IMG/VR virus record: IMGVR_UViG_3300008119_000006
Strand: one strand, 5' to 3'
Length of the DNA stretch: 64,000 bases
Source of the DNA: a virus
Shown here: in pieces, positions 49,979 to 61,583 of the stretch
Numbering within the stretch: the stretch's first letter is position 1
Layout: every line of letters begins with the position of its first letter
The notes under the pieces: model-generated
What the model saw: the letters and a program-made list of their open reading frames with translations, nothing else
Told to the model about the DNA's origin: nothing
The model's database searches: none
Made by a program: the position numbers and the translations under genes

Positions 49979-51766
49979 ATGTCAACAATAAAAATATCGC
50001 AATTACCTCTGGTAACAACTTTTACCGCAAATACTCAAAATACCGTTTTTGTGGGTGTAGATTTGGACGCAGACTTGACAGGTCAATTTACTGCTCAGGC
50101 AATTGCTAGAAACTTATATTTAAATAATACTCTTATTGTTGGAAATAATGTTGTACAATTTGATAATGTTATAGGCCAATTTTCAGGTAGTAGTCCAACA
50201 TATTTACAAATCAATAATCAAAACTTTAATGCCAATGGTTCAGCAGATTATGTAGCATCTACTAGCGATTCTGACAACACCTTTGGTTTTGTTGACATGG
50301 GTATCGAAAGTGCAAGTTATAACGGTGTTGCTGCTGGTTATCCAGCATTTAAACCATATGATGGTTACCTTTACATGGTGGGTAAAACAACTACTAGTCC
50401 AACAGGTAATTTGATTATTGGTACACAAAATAAAGCAAATACTGTATTCATTAATGGCGGTGTTACTAATCAAGACATTGTTGCTTTAATGACTGCCAAC
50501 GGATTGGTATTAAACACTCAATCCTACATTACTTTTGCTGATGGTACAAGACAAATTACTAATGCAGCAAGTTTTAATTATACAACCACAGCATCAGCAG
50601 TAGCAAACAATGCTTCAGCAAATTCAATAGTATTACAAGCTGGTCTTAATGCCACCAATACTAATGTAGCAATTGCTTTGGCTGGTGTTGCAGCAGCTAA
50701 TGCCAATATTTCAGGTGGTGTTGCTGCAGTTAATGCTAATATTGCTTTTTTAAATGCTGTCAATTTAACTCAAAACGACAATATTCAAACGGCAACAACT
50801 TTATCACAGTATGCGCTTGGCGTACAAACAACTCAAAATACTCGAATTCAAACTGCTCAAAACCAAGCTAACGTTGCTGGTATTGTTGCTAATACTACTG
50901 CCGTAGTGGCCAATAACGCATTAGCCAATACCACAGGTACTTTTGGTGGCACTTTAAATATTTCAAATAACTTAGCAGTCAATGGCACCGCTGTTCTAGC
51001 CAATTCAAACTTCTCATCAACAGAAGCTGCCTTTAGAATCACAGCATCAGGAAGTTCACAAACACCAACACAAGCCGGCACACTAATGCAATTGACTGGC
51101 AAATCAAACGTTCCTGCTAGGGTGTTGATTGATTCTGTTGGTACATCAAATACAGCATATTCTCTTATTGCTGGTAGAACTGCCAGGGGTACAGTAGGTG
51201 CACCAACAGCAACACAGAACAATGATATTCTGTTGCGTATTGCTGGTAACTCTTATGGTGATACAGGATATGCACCATTTGGTGATGCAAGAATTGATTT
51301 TGTGGCTACTGAAAATCGTTCTGACACAAATCGTGGTTCTAGAATAAGATTCTGGAATACACCAACGGGTTCAAATGTTGTTAATGAAATTGCTTCATTT
51401 AATGGTGATTCTGTATCATTCACCGGTACTGTGGCACCAACAAAAGGATTCATTTATACACCAAATATTTACCCAAGTTCACAAACAGCAATTACAATTG
51501 ACTTTGCAAATAACTCAGTTGTTCGTGCTCAGACTTCAGCCGGTTTGGTTGTAACGCTATCAAGTTTTGTTGCAGGTAAAGTAGTTGAGGCTTGGATTAC
51601 TAATACTGCTGGCAATGGACAAACATTTACTCACGGATGTTCTGCAATTAATTCAACCATTAATTCAACAACATATAGTATTCCAGCAACATCAAGTATT
51701 TTTGTAAAATACTGGTGTATGGATGGAACATTAGCAAATACTTTTGTAGCTATTACACACGCATAA
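49979..51766 (+). CDS. virion structural / tail fibre-like protein
   Basis: 'M.T.KISQLP' N-terminus, ITFADGTRQ.T motif, Ala-Asn-rich coil. Confidence 0.7.
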   Translation: MSTIKISQLPLVTTFTANTQNTVFVGVDLDADLTGQFTAQAIARNLYLNNTLIVGNNVVQFDNVIGQFSGSSPTYLQINNQNFNANGSADYVASTSDSDNTFGFVDMGIESASYNGVAAGYPAFKPYDGYLYMVGKTTTSPTGNLIIGTQNKANTVFINGGVTNQDIVALMTANGLVLNTQSYITFADGTRQITNAASFNYTTTASAVANNASANSIVLQAGLNATNTNVAIALAGVAAANANISGGVAAVNANIAFLNAVNLTQNDNIQTATTLSQYALGVQTTQNTRIQTAQNQANVAGIVANTTAVVANNALANTTGTFGGTLNISNNLAVNGTAVLANSNFSSTEAAFRITASGSSQTPTQAGTLMQLTGKSNVPARVLIDSVGTSNTAYSLIAGRTARGTVGAPTATQNNDILLRIAGNSYGDTGYAPFGDARIDFVATENRSDTNRGSRIRFWNTPTGSNVVNEIASFNGDSVSFTGTVAPTKGFIYTPNIYPSSQTAITIDFANNSVVRAQTSAGLVVTLSSFVAGKVVEAWITNTAGNGQTFTHGCSAINSTINSTTYSIPATSSIFVKYWCMDGTLANTFVAITHA

Positions 51767-51773
51767 ATAAATT

Positions 51774-53138
51774 ATGGCATATAAAAATATATTAACTTAC
51801 AATGCAAGAGTTTCTCAGGTAGAGCAAACTTACTATTCACCCACTGCGGTATTACCTGTTACTGGTTTGCCAATTAGTTCAATTTACGTTTTTCTTTCTC
51901 GTATTGAACCATGGGCAAATGATTTAAATCCTGATACACCACTACAAACTCAACAATATATTAAACAAGTTTTTAGAAATATGTTTGTTGCAAAAATAGT
52001 TAATCAAAATAATATTTCGCCAGTAATAGAAAGACATGATTGGTTATCCGGCACAACATATAATTATTACAAAGATGATATTGATATGTTTCAAGTGGAT
52101 CAAAATGGTTTTAATGTTATAAATTATTATGTTCGTAATAGTTTTGACCAAGTATTTAAATGTTTGTGGAATAACCTTGGCACACCATCAACAGTAGAAC
52201 CTTATTTTCAACCAGGAAACTATGGTTTAAATAACATATTCAAAGGTTCTGATGGTTACAAATGGAAATATATGTACACCATCGATGTTGGTATTAAAAA
52301 AACATTTATGGATGCAACTTGGATACCTGTGCCAGTAGGACAAAACACACCAAACCCAATTCAAAATGCAGCAGGTTCTGGTGACATAGAAGTAATTAAT
52401 GTTACCAACGGCGGTTCTGGATATGATACAGCAAACGGTGCAATTACAGTAACTATTACTGGTGATGGTACAGGCGCTCAAGGATTGGCGTTAGCAAATG
52501 TGGCCGGATCAATTACTGACATAGTTGTACTAAACGCAGGAACAAATTATAGTTATGCGACAGTGACCATTTCATCAGCTATTGGTTCTGGTGCAACGGC
52601 CGAGGCGCAAGTAAGTCCAATTGGTGGCCACGGATTTGATCCCATAGCTGAATTGGGTGTCAAGGCTGCAATGATTACTGCCGAATTTGATGGTTCAGAG
52701 GCTGGAAATATTCCAACCGATGTAACCTATTATCAAAGTGGGATTTTAATTAATCCGACATCTTTGCAAAGCTACCCTTATCCTGCTAACGGACAAATTT
52801 ACTCTACTAGCACCGATTTAGTTGTATCAACAGGCTTTGGTGCATTTGTAAGTGGTGAAACTGTGTATCAAGGTAGTGAAACAAATCCAACATTTAGTGC
52901 AACTATGTTAAGTTTTGATTCTATAACCAATGTGGTTAGGCTGATAAATATAACGGGAACACCAAGTATTAATCTACCAATTTTTGGTACCACATCACAA
53001 ACAGCTCGAACTATTTTAACTTACAATACTCCAAACTTTGTACCATTTTCTGGTTATTTGGCGCAAATACAAAACAGAAGTGGTACTCAAAGAAGTTCGG
53101 ATGGAATAGAACAATTTAGATTTGTATTAGGATACTAA
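51774..53138 (+). CDS. gp8: baseplate wedge subunit gp8
   Basis: R.DW.SGT.Y, YYV.N...QVFKCL.N, DGYKWKYMYTI, GGHG.DP..ELG. Confidence 0.9.
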   Translation: MAYKNILTYNARVSQVEQTYYSPTAVLPVTGLPISSIYVFLSRIEPWANDLNPDTPLQTQQYIKQVFRNMFVAKIVNQNNISPVIERHDWLSGTTYNYYKDDIDMFQVDQNGFNVINYYVRNSFDQVFKCLWNNLGTPSTVEPYFQPGNYGLNNIFKGSDGYKWKYMYTIDVGIKKTFMDATWIPVPVGQNTPNPIQNAAGSGDIEVINVTNGGSGYDTANGAITVTITGDGTGAQGLALANVAGSITDIVVLNAGTNYSYATVTISSAIGSGATAEAQVSPIGGHGFDPIAELGVKAAMITAEFDGSEAGNIPTDVTYYQSGILINPTSLQSYPYPANGQIYSTSTDLVVSTGFGAFVSGETVYQGSETNPTFSATMLSFDSITNVVRLINITGTPSINLPIFGTTSQTARTILTYNTPNFVPFSGYLAQIQNRSGTQRSSDGIEQFRFVLGY

Positions 53139-53147
53139 AGGAATAAA

Positions 53148-56100
53148 ATGTCTTTAAATTTTAACGTTGATCCGTATTATGATGATTTTGATCCTGCAAA
53201 GAATTACCATCGTATTCTTTTTAAGCCTGGCTTTGCCGTTCAAGCTCGTGAATTAACACAAACTCAATCTATTCTTCAAAATCAAATTTCTAATTTTGCT
53301 GACAATATTTTTAAGCAAAATACTCCTATTACTGGCGGCCAGATAACCACCAATTTAAATTGTTTTTATGTTAAATTACAAACAACTTTTAATAATGTAA
53401 CTATCAGTCCAATAACTTTTGTTGGAAAATCAGTTCAAGATATTACTGGTACTGTTAAAGCTCGTATTATTGCTGCAGCTTCTGCCAGCGGGTCAGGTGC
53501 TGGCGGAGATCCTCCTACAATAATTCTAACCTATACATCTGGCGTACAATTTACTAATGGTGACATAGTATATGATGCAACAACTTTGCAACCAATTTGT
53601 CAAGCTATCACTTCTGCTTCTACCGGTTCAAGTTCTGTTGCTTCTGTTTCTCAGGGTGTTTTTTATATTTCTTCCAATTATACCGCACCATCGGGTGAAG
53701 TAATTACTAAAGGCACTTTTGTACAGGTTAATCCACAATCTGTTATTATAAACAAATATGATAGTATTCCAAATTTAAGAGTTGGTTTAGACATTGTAGA
53801 ATCAATTACAACTTATTTAAATGATTCTTCTTTGTTAGATCCGGCTATTGGTGCTTCGAATTATCAAGCGCCTGGTGCAGACCGTTATAAAATTGATTTA
53901 GTATTAGAAACAAGGCCATTATTATTAGGTAACGATGATTCATTCATTGAATTGATTCGTGTAATTAATGGTGAGGTGCAAACAATTGTAAACGGAACAG
54001 TTTATAATGTTATTGATGATTATTTTGCAAAGCGTGATTATGAGACCAATGGTGATTATATTGTTAATGATTTTAAATTAACTCCAAAAGCAAACACCGC
54101 AGACGCTTCAAATAATAGTTATATTATGAGTGTTGGTAAAGGTATTGCTTATGTTCACGGTTATCGTATTGAAAATCAAGCACCTATTGATTTAACAACA
54201 ATGCGTTCCAGAACCACCGTAGCACAAAATAATAATCCAACATATATGTCTTATGGTAATTATTTTTATGTTGATACAGTTCGTGGTGCAAACGGACAAT
54301 TCTTTGATACAACCACATATTCAAACGTAGATTTTCATTGTGTGTCTGTTGCAAATGTAAGTGTTGCAACTTCTAGTTCTTATTCTTCAACTGTTGTTGC
54401 AACAGGATATATTCGTGGATTAGAATTTGACAAGGTTAATGGCACAGATGCAAATTCTTATGTGTATCGTTTATATGTTGACAGTTTACAAGCAAATAGT
54501 ATTAGTGCTAATGTAACAACTGCAACACCTAATACTGTAACTTTTCCATCTTATTTTTCCACATCAAATACTGCCTATCCAGGTATGACCATTAGCATTT
54601 TTAATGGTAGAAATGCTGGTGATAGCCGAACAATTGTTGCTTATAACGGCGTATCAAAAGTTGCAACAATTAATCAAAATTGGACTACAACTCCCGACAC
54701 AACATCACAATATACATTAAATTTTGATATTAAATATGCAAATACCGTGGTGTTTGCAAATAAATCGTCCTTCCCCGCACAAATATATTCTACTGCTATT
54801 ATTGACGAATCAAGCAAAGCAAATGGTGTTCCATCAGGATTAACAACATTACAAAATCCAACATATCCAGAATTAATTTTCCCTGTTGGAAGTCCTTATG
54901 TTGCCAACTTAACAAGCACAACATATACCACCCAACAGTTGTGGAGAAATGTTGGTTTCACTTCTACTGGTGTTGGTTCTACGGTTTCAACAGCGTTACA
55001 GTATACTGGCGACTATTCAAATGTTATTCGTCACATTGGTACTGGTGGATCAACACTCTCATCTTCTTTAGTTAGACAAAATTTTGTTATTGTTGTTACT
55101 GCTATTGGTGGAGGTTGTACATTAAATGTAGGAGAAATTGTTCCTTGGACAACAGCAGGAAGAACAGTAGTTTTAAGTGCAGACGCTTCAACTGCAACAC
55201 TACAAGCATCAGATGTCGGTGGTACATTTACAGCAACTATTCTTGCTACTGTCTATGCAGTCAATGCTGACAATACCGCTCACTTGTTACGAAATAAAAC
55301 ATTAATAGCAGGAAACACATCTGTTATTAATTCTAGTAATACTCAAGTAGCAACATATACATTTGTTGATAATACGGCCACAACATCAAAAGGTCAAGTT
55401 TATATACAAAATGCCGGAATAGTAAATCCAGGAATTTCACAAAGTTTATATTTATCAGATGTTAAAAATATTGTTCGTGTTATTGATACTGGCAGCGTAG
55501 GTACTTTACCAACTGCTTCTATGTTGATTGCAGGTTCTTCATATGATATAACTAGTAGATTTAATTTTGATAACGGTCAAAGAGATGGATTCTATGACCA
55601 CGCTTCAATTACATTAAAACCTGGATACCCTAAACCTTCTGGTAATATGCTAGTTGTTTTGAACTACTATCAACATACTGGTGGAGATGGTTATTTTAGT
55701 GTACAATCTTATTTGAATGAAGTTTATCAACAAATTCCACAATATACTAGTAAAGCCGGTATAGTATATGCACTTAGAGATAGTTTGGATTTTAGACCAG
55801 CAAGATTGAATGCTCAAACTTTATTTACTTTCCGCTATTCAAATACTGGTGATACAACAAAGTATGGAGTATTTTTGCCGTATGATATGTCTACTTTTAC
55901 AGGTTATTATAATTATTATTTGGGTAGAAAAGATAAATTAGTTTTAACAAAAGATAAGAGTTTTAAAATTATTGAAGGAACTTCATCTTTAACTCCTTTA
56001 TATCCTGCTCAGCCTGATGGTTCACTTGTAATAGCAAATTTATCTTTGGATCCATATACTGGTTATTTGCCAACAGAAGCACCTTCTGGATTTATGCCAA

Positions 56101-59100
56101 ATTTATCCATCGAAAAAGTTAAACACCAACGATATACAATGCAAGATATTGCTGGTTTGGAAAATCGCATTAATAATGTTGAATATTACACATCTTTAAG
56201 CCAATTAGAACAAACTGCAACTTCTCAGCAAATTTCTGATGCTTATGGATTAAATCGATTTAAGAACGGTATTATTGTTGATGACTTCTCTAGTTACGCA
56301 ACTGCCGATACTTTAAGTCAGGATTATTCTGCTACCATTAATCGCCGTGAAAGAAGAATGACGGCATCACAAAGTGTTAAAAATTATCCATTAAAATCTT
56401 CAGCTTTAGCTTACAACATGGGATTGCCTTCTTCAGCAACCTCAAGTGCATTAGGTTATAATATTAGTTATGATGGTTATGTAAATTATTTTACTTTACC
56501 TTTCACAACAGCAAATGTGTTTAGCCAAAAATTGGCTTCTAGAACAACCAATGTTAATCCTTTTGCTTATGTAACGAGTGAAGGCGTGTTATCTTTATCT
56601 CCAAATATGGATAATTGGGTTGATACAAATTATTCTCCAGCATTATTAATTACCAATCCAGATTTACAAGTGTTTCAAGCTAGCGAAAATATTAGCGTGT
56701 TATCTTCTGGTGACTGGAAAACAATTTCAGGAACAACAACTAGTGCAACAACTTTTACCGAAGGCCATGGAATCAATCCAAGTCCGTTTGGTCGGGTTGG
56801 TTTTTCAACTACATCAAGTGTGACGACTTTGCAACAAGCAAAATCAGACATTCTTGGTCCGTATGATAGAATTGGTAGTACATATGCATTAAATAACGGA
56901 TATATTACTGACATTTCTGTTTTGCCATATATTAGGCCACAACAAGTTGTTGTTCGTGCTGGAAGCTTATTGACAAATTCTCCAATTACGGCATATTTTG
57001 ATAACACAAGTATTATAAATTATATTCGTAAACCAAATATTATTGAATTAACAAATGTTGTTGGTGCATTTAAACAAGACGATGTATTAGGTTATTATTT
57101 AAGTGGTATATTCACTCCAACCGCAAGAGTTGTTGGGGTATACAATTATGCCAATACAAGTAACACAAGACTATATGTTGCGGCTGATCCTTCTTCTATT
57201 ACATATAATAATTCTTTATCTTTAGTAAATGGTTTTTTTGACGTAAACGGAATTTACCAAGGTAATACAGCATCAGGTACAATAGCCTCAACCAAACATT
57301 TTGGCGGTAGAATCTTAAACGCCAACACGACAACATCAATTCAATTGTCTAAATTGGCCGCAACAACAGATGGTTACTATACCGGCAACACAATTTACAT
57401 TTGTGCTGGTACAGGTAAAAATCAATCTGCAACAATTTCTAATTATTATGGTGCAAACCAAGTTGCTGTGTTGGCTTCTTCTATTACTAGTGCTAATGGC
57501 GACATTTATTCGATTGGAAGCATTTCAACTGATGAAACCGGATCTTTCTATGGTATCTTTAATTTACCAGACAGTACTTTCCGTACTGGCGAAAGAGTAT
57601 TACGAGTAGACAATAGTACTGGAGGCAATCAAACTTCAGCAACAACATATGCAGAAGCAACTTACTACGCTGAAGGTTTACAAACAACTCAACAACGTGT
57701 AGATTTTGGTGCTTCTCCTGCAGGTGCCAAAGGTACATTTACTCAAACATCACAACAACAATTAACATCGGTTTCAACATCTATAAGTCCTTGGGATCCA
57801 GTTGCACAATCATTTATTGTATCTAAGAGAAATTATCCAAATGGTTTCTTCTTAAATTCCATTAAATTGTTCTTTAGGTCTAAACCTACCACAGAAAATA
57901 TTCCTGTATCATTGTATATTGTTGGTACTTTAAACGGTTATCCTAATGGCGACATTTTGGATCACTCTATTGTTAGTCTGACACCAGATATGGTGAATAC
58001 TTCTGAAACTCCACAGTACTTAGATGGCACAACTGCAACGGTATTCCAATTTTCTGTACCAGTTTATATTCAATCTGATGTATTGTATGCGTTTATTGTA
58101 AAGACGGACAGTAACCAATACACAGTATGGACTGCTGCTAACGGAGATACTGCTATAGGTTCTTCTGCCAAGAATTTACCAACTGATAATACACCTTCTG
58201 TTGTTACTAAAATTGGCGGTGCACCTTATGTTGGTGGTTTGTTCATATCTCAAAATTCTCAAACATGGAGCGTTGACCAAAACCAAGCTTTAATGATGGT
58301 TGCAGACCAATGTATATTTACAACAAGTGCAACACCACAAATTCCTTATGTGATACCAAGATTATCTCCACAAAGAGAATTAATTGAACAATCGGTTGAT
58401 TATTATACAAATGCAAACACCGTTTCAAATACTTTGAATTCAATTTCAAATTCCACAACTTATGTTGACGCATTTAATATTACAACAACTGATTTTACTC
58501 CTACAACAACACAAATTTCATATAATTATGTTGCTACTTTAGCAAGCGGTTCAAGTGCTGGTAACAAAAATATTACACCTGGAAAATACGGTACTGCAAC
58601 GGCAGATGACATTTATTTGGATGACGGTAATGGAGAACGAGTAATTTTACCATATTCGAATAACTCATTTATATTAAATGCAACACTATCCTCTACTGAT
58701 TCTTTTGTTAGTCCAGTAATTTCTGATGCTGGTTTAAGTGCTTATGCAATTAATTGGAACATCAATAATTGCTCAATATCAAACAATTTAATTCAATTGG
58801 CCTCTGGTGGAACAGGTTACAGTAATAACGCAAACCTTTCTGTAACAATATCTGCTCCAACAGGAGTTGGTGGTTCTCCTGCAATTGCTGAAGCTAACGT
58901 AGAGAATGGAGTTATTAAATCAATCTATATCACCAACGGTGGTTCAGGTTATTTGGAAACACCAACAATTACAATTATTGACGCCAATACCACTCCAGGT
59001 ACTGGTGCTTCCGCCAACGTAATTGGTGAAACTTCTCAAGTTGGTGGTCCTGCTCTTGCTAAATATGTAACAAGACCAATTCAATTGGCACAAGGTAACG

Positions 59101-59480
59101 ATTCTGGTGATATTAATGTATACTTAACTGCTTACAGGCCACCAAATACCGATATTAATGTTTATTACAAAATATTAAATCGTAATGATACTCAAGGCCT
59201 TAATAATAGTTCTTGGCAGTTAATGACAAAAATTAATAACAGCAATACACAATTTTCATTAACTAGAACAGATACTTATGAATATGCTTTTGCTCCTGGA
59301 ACAGCAGGTGTTGATGTAGGTTATGTAAGTTATGTAAGTTCAACAACTGGCCAAACATACACAACATTTAGTCAGTTTGCAATTAAAATTGTTTTAACAA
59401 CAACCGATAATACTTTTGTTCCATATGTAACAGATATGCGAGCTCTTGCTTTACCATCTAACGTAAACACAACATTCTAA
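53148..59480 (+). CDS. large virion protein, DUF4815 / VrlC-like
   Basis: NFNVDPYYDDFD..KNYHRILFKPG.AVQARELTQ.QSILQNQ, APGADR, RYTMQDI..LE.RI..VEYYTSLS.LE, RFKNG..VDDF, DPVAQSF. Confidence 0.9.
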   Translation: MSLNFNVDPYYDDFDPAKNYHRILFKPGFAVQARELTQTQSILQNQISNFADNIFKQNTPITGGQITTNLNCFYVKLQTTFNNVTISPITFVGKSVQDITGTVKARIIAAASASGSGAGGDPPTIILTYTSGVQFTNGDIVYDATTLQPICQAITSASTGSSSVASVSQGVFYISSNYTAPSGEVITKGTFVQVNPQSVIINKYDSIPNLRVGLDIVESITTYLNDSSLLDPAIGASNYQAPGADRYKIDLVLETRPLLLGNDDSFIELIRVINGEVQTIVNGTVYNVIDDYFAKRDYETNGDYIVNDFKLTPKANTADASNNSYIMSVGKGIAYVHGYRIENQAPIDLTTMRSRTTVAQNNNPTYMSYGNYFYVDTVRGANGQFFDTTTYSNVDFHCVSVANVSVATSSSYSSTVVATGYIRGLEFDKVNGTDANSYVYRLYVDSLQANSISANVTTATPNTVTFPSYFSTSNTAYPGMTISIFNGRNAGDSRTIVAYNGVSKVATINQNWTTTPDTTSQYTLNFDIKYANTVVFANKSSFPAQIYSTAIIDESSKANGVPSGLTTLQNPTYPELIFPVGSPYVANLTSTTYTTQQLWRNVGFTSTGVGSTVSTALQYTGDYSNVIRHIGTGGSTLSSSLVRQNFVIVVTAIGGGCTLNVGEIVPWTTAGRTVVLSADASTATLQASDVGGTFTATILATVYAVNADNTAHLLRNKTLIAGNTSVINSSNTQVATYTFVDNTATTSKGQVYIQNAGIVNPGISQSLYLSDVKNIVRVIDTGSVGTLPTASMLIAGSSYDITSRFNFDNGQRDGFYDHASITLKPGYPKPSGNMLVVLNYYQHTGGDGYFSVQSYLNEVYQQIPQYTSKAGIVYALRDSLDFRPARLNAQTLFTFRYSNTGDTTKYGVFLPYDMSTFTGYYNYYLGRKDKLVLTKDKSFKIIEGTSSLTPLYPAQPDGSLVIANLSLDPYTGYLPTEAPSGFMPNLSIEKVKHQRYTMQDIAGLENRINNVEYYTSLSQLEQTATSQQISDAYGLNRFKNGIIVDDFSSYATADTLSQDYSATINRRERRMTASQSVKNYPLKSSALAYNMGLPSSATSSALGYNISYDGYVNYFTLPFTTANVFSQKLASRTTNVNPFAYVTSEGVLSLSPNMDNWVDTNYSPALLITNPDLQVFQASENISVLSSGDWKTISGTTTSATTFTEGHGINPSPFGRVGFSTTSSVTTLQQAKSDILGPYDRIGSTYALNNGYITDISVLPYIRPQQVVVRAGSLLTNSPITAYFDNTSIINYIRKPNIIELTNVVGAFKQDDVLGYYLSGIFTPTARVVGVYNYANTSNTRLYVAADPSSITYNNSLSLVNGFFDVNGIYQGNTASGTIASTKHFGGRILNANTTTSIQLSKLAATTDGYYTGNTIYICAGTGKNQSATISNYYGANQVAVLASSITSANGDIYSIGSISTDETGSFYGIFNLPDSTFRTGERVLRVDNSTGGNQTSATTYAEATYYAEGLQTTQQRVDFGASPAGAKGTFTQTSQQQLTSVSTSISPWDPVAQSFIVSKRNYPNGFFLNSIKLFFRSKPTTENIPVSLYIVGTLNGYPNGDILDHSIVSLTPDMVNTSETPQYLDGTTATVFQFSVPVYIQSDVLYAFIVKTDSNQYTVWTAANGDTAIGSSAKNLPTDNTPSVVTKIGGAPYVGGLFISQNSQTWSVDQNQALMMVADQCIFTTSATPQIPYVIPRLSPQRELIEQSVDYYTNANTVSNTLNSISNSTTYVDAFNITTTDFTPTTTQISYNYVATLASGSSAGNKNITPGKYGTATADDIYLDDGNGERVILPYSNNSFILNATLSSTDSFVSPVISDAGLSAYAINWNINNCSISNNLIQLASGGTGYSNNANLSVTISAPTGVGGSPAIAEANVENGVIKSIYITNGGSGYLETPTITIIDANTTPGTGASANVIGETSQVGGPALAKYVTRPIQLAQGNDSGDINVYLTAYRPPNTDINVYYKILNRNDTQGLNNSSWQLMTKINNSNTQFSLTRTDTYEYAFAPGTAGVDVGYVSYVSSTTGQTYTTFSQFAIKIVLTTTDNTFVPYVTDMRALALPSNVNTTF

Positions 59481-59481
59481 T

Positions 59482-59709
59482 ATGATAGTTCAAATACCAG
59501 GCACCAGTTTAGTTCGTGATACAACAACAATGGCTTTAATTAATCAAGACCAAAATGGTTTAAACGAATATATGAAAAAAAGAAAGCTTTTGGAAAGTCA
59601 AAAAAACGAAATAAATAGTATGAAATCAGATATTTCTGAACTTAAAGGTGATATGCAAGAAATCAAACAATTAATTTTAAAATTAATGGAAAAGTCAAAT
59701 GGCAGCTAA
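59482..59709 (+). CDS. conserved small coiled-coil protein following DUF4815
   Basis: 'LVRD..T.A.IN.D...Y...K'. Confidence 0.75.
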   Translation: MIVQIPGTSLVRDTTTMALINQDQNGLNEYMKKRKLLESQKNEINSMKSDISELKGDMQEIKQLILKLMEKSNGS

Positions 59710-60871
59710 TACAATTCCAACACTTAGTTATGCCAATACCTTTGGCGATTGGGTGGTTGCAACAAATTTCTTGATTAATCAAAACAATCAAGCTTCAACT
59801 AATAGTTTTACAAAAGCGGCCGGTACATATTATTTCAATGATCCATCATTAGGTTTATCTGTTGCAAATAATGCAATTATTGGCGGTGGACTTCAAGTTG
59901 TCGGCTCAGGATCTTTTGTAACAGTTCAAAACGGATTAACCGCTGGACAAGGCACATTTTCAAATACAGGAACTTCATTAACTGTAACTGGTTCTTCCGT
60001 ATTCTCAAATACCATGTTTGCAAATGGAAATACTGGACTTGCTGTAGCCAATAGTGCCACAGTAGGAACAAATTTCACAGTAGGTGGTGCAACTTCTTTA
60101 AATACTCTATCTGTTTCAAATGGTGCATCGTTTTTAGGAACTACAGCCTTTAATGGTAGTTTAATTGTTGGTGGTGCTACCGCCTATAATTATAATACTG
60201 GCCAATGGAATATTAGTATCACGGGAACCTCAGGTAACGCAAATACTGTAACTAATGGTATTTACAGCAATTTATACTATTCCGATCCAACTTGGATTAC
60301 TGGAATTGCAAATACTAAAATTCTTGGGTTTATAACAGGTAGTCAAATTGCTCCAGGTTCAATAACAGGTAGTCAAATTGCAGGTGGCGCAATTGTTGGA
60401 ACAATTACTGGAACCGCTAACCAAGTTATTGCAAATAATAGTACAGGAAACATATTATTATCTACTCCACAAAATATTGGTACTGGTGCAAATTTTCAAA
60501 TTAATTCTCTTGGAGTTGGCACAGCAGGTTCAGGTACGGCTGGCGAAATTCGTGCAGTTAATAACATTACCGCATACTACTCAGACGACAGACTAAAAAC
60601 TCGTTTAGGTAATATTGAAGGTGCTCTAGATAAAGTAATGAGTTTGAATGGGTTTCATTATGAAGCTAACGAAACCGCACAAGCGTTAGGTTATGATGTT
60701 AAATCAGAAGTTGGCCTTTCCGCACAAGAGGTACAAGCAGTATTGCCTGAGGTGGTCGTACCTGCTCCAATTGATGAGAAGTATTTGACAATTCATTATG
60801 AAAGAATTATACCACTTTTGATTGAGGCGATAAAAGAACTCAAGGCCGAAGTAAATAGTCTTAAAAAATAA
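59699..60871 (+). CDS. tail fibre protein with C-terminal peptidase S74 intramolecular chaperone
   Basis: 'NITAYYSDDRLK...I..AL.KV..L.G..Y...GLSAQEV..VLPE.V...Y.....LLIEAIKEL'. Confidence 0.88.
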   Translation: MAANTIPTLSYANTFGDWVVATNFLINQNNQASTNSFTKAAGTYYFNDPSLGLSVANNAIIGGGLQVVGSGSFVTVQNGLTAGQGTFSNTGTSLTVTGSSVFSNTMFANGNTGLAVANSATVGTNFTVGGATSLNTLSVSNGASFLGTTAFNGSLIVGGATAYNYNTGQWNISITGTSGNANTVTNGIYSNLYYSDPTWITGIANTKILGFITGSQIAPGSITGSQIAGGAIVGTITGTANQVIANNSTGNILLSTPQNIGTGANFQINSLGVGTAGSGTAGEIRAVNNITAYYSDDRLKTRLGNIEGALDKVMSLNGFHYEANETAQALGYDVKSEVGLSAQEVQAVLPEVVVPAPIDEKYLTIHYERIIPLLIEAIKELKAEVNSLKK

Positions 60872-61005
60872 AAATTCGAATTTTTGCGTTCCGGCCCCAG
60901 AATTCTCCGGACGCTATCCTAGAGTTGGAAAAGCGAATTTACTTTTAAGGTGAGGTAGGTATTGACATAAATATCCAATAAGAATAATGACTTCAGGAAT
61001 TTTAA

Positions 61006-61341
61006 ATGCCAGCTGCCTATCAAAATCTCTACATAGAACAAGGAACCTCATTCAGTACCACAATTACCTTAGATGATGTCTATGGTGATATCTATGACTT
61101 GACTGGATATACAGCAAATAGTCAAATTCGTAAGTCTTATTATTCATCCAATGCTACAGCAGCATTTCTTGCAATTGTTAATGCCAATACAGGCACAGTT
61201 TCATTGTCCATGAGTACTCCTACAACAGCCAACATAGCAGCCGGACGTTATGTTTACGATACAATCATTAAGACACCTTCTGGTGATGCCACCAGAATCT
61301 TAGAAGGTGTTGTTGATGTATCTCCATCAGTTACGAGGTAA
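61006..61341 (+). CDS. conserved virion protein (BppU-like Ig fold)
   Basis: NLYIEQG..F...DLTGYTA.SQIRKSY...GRYVYD...RILEG; CATAAATA at 60966. Confidence 0.75.
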   Translation: MPAAYQNLYIEQGTSFSTTITLDDVYGDIYDLTGYTANSQIRKSYYSSNATAAFLAIVNANTGTVSLSMSTPTTANIAAGRYVYDTIIKTPSGDATRILEGVVDVSPSVTR

Positions 61342-61343
61342 TA

Positions 61344-61583
61344 ATGGCACTTGGTAATATAAAAGTCACAGTAGGAACTCCTACAAATCCAAGAGCAACC
61401 TCTATCACCTACGGAAGTAGAACTTTAAAGAGCGCTACTGATTTAAGTCTAGCAGGTGCAGGCCAAGGTTTTGCAATTGTTTATGAAGCTAATACAAATA
61501 GCTTTGTAACTTCAAATGTTATTGCTATTGCTGAAAATGCTATCGTTGCAAGTTTGGCATTGATTGACGGAGGTACATTTTAA
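61344..61583 (+). CDS. small virion protein
   Basis: Ends 'IDGGTF'; structural operon. Confidence 0.65.
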   Translation: MALGNIKVTVGTPTNPRATSITYGSRTLKSATDLSLAGAGQGFAIVYEANTNSFVTSNVIAIAENAIVASLALIDGGTF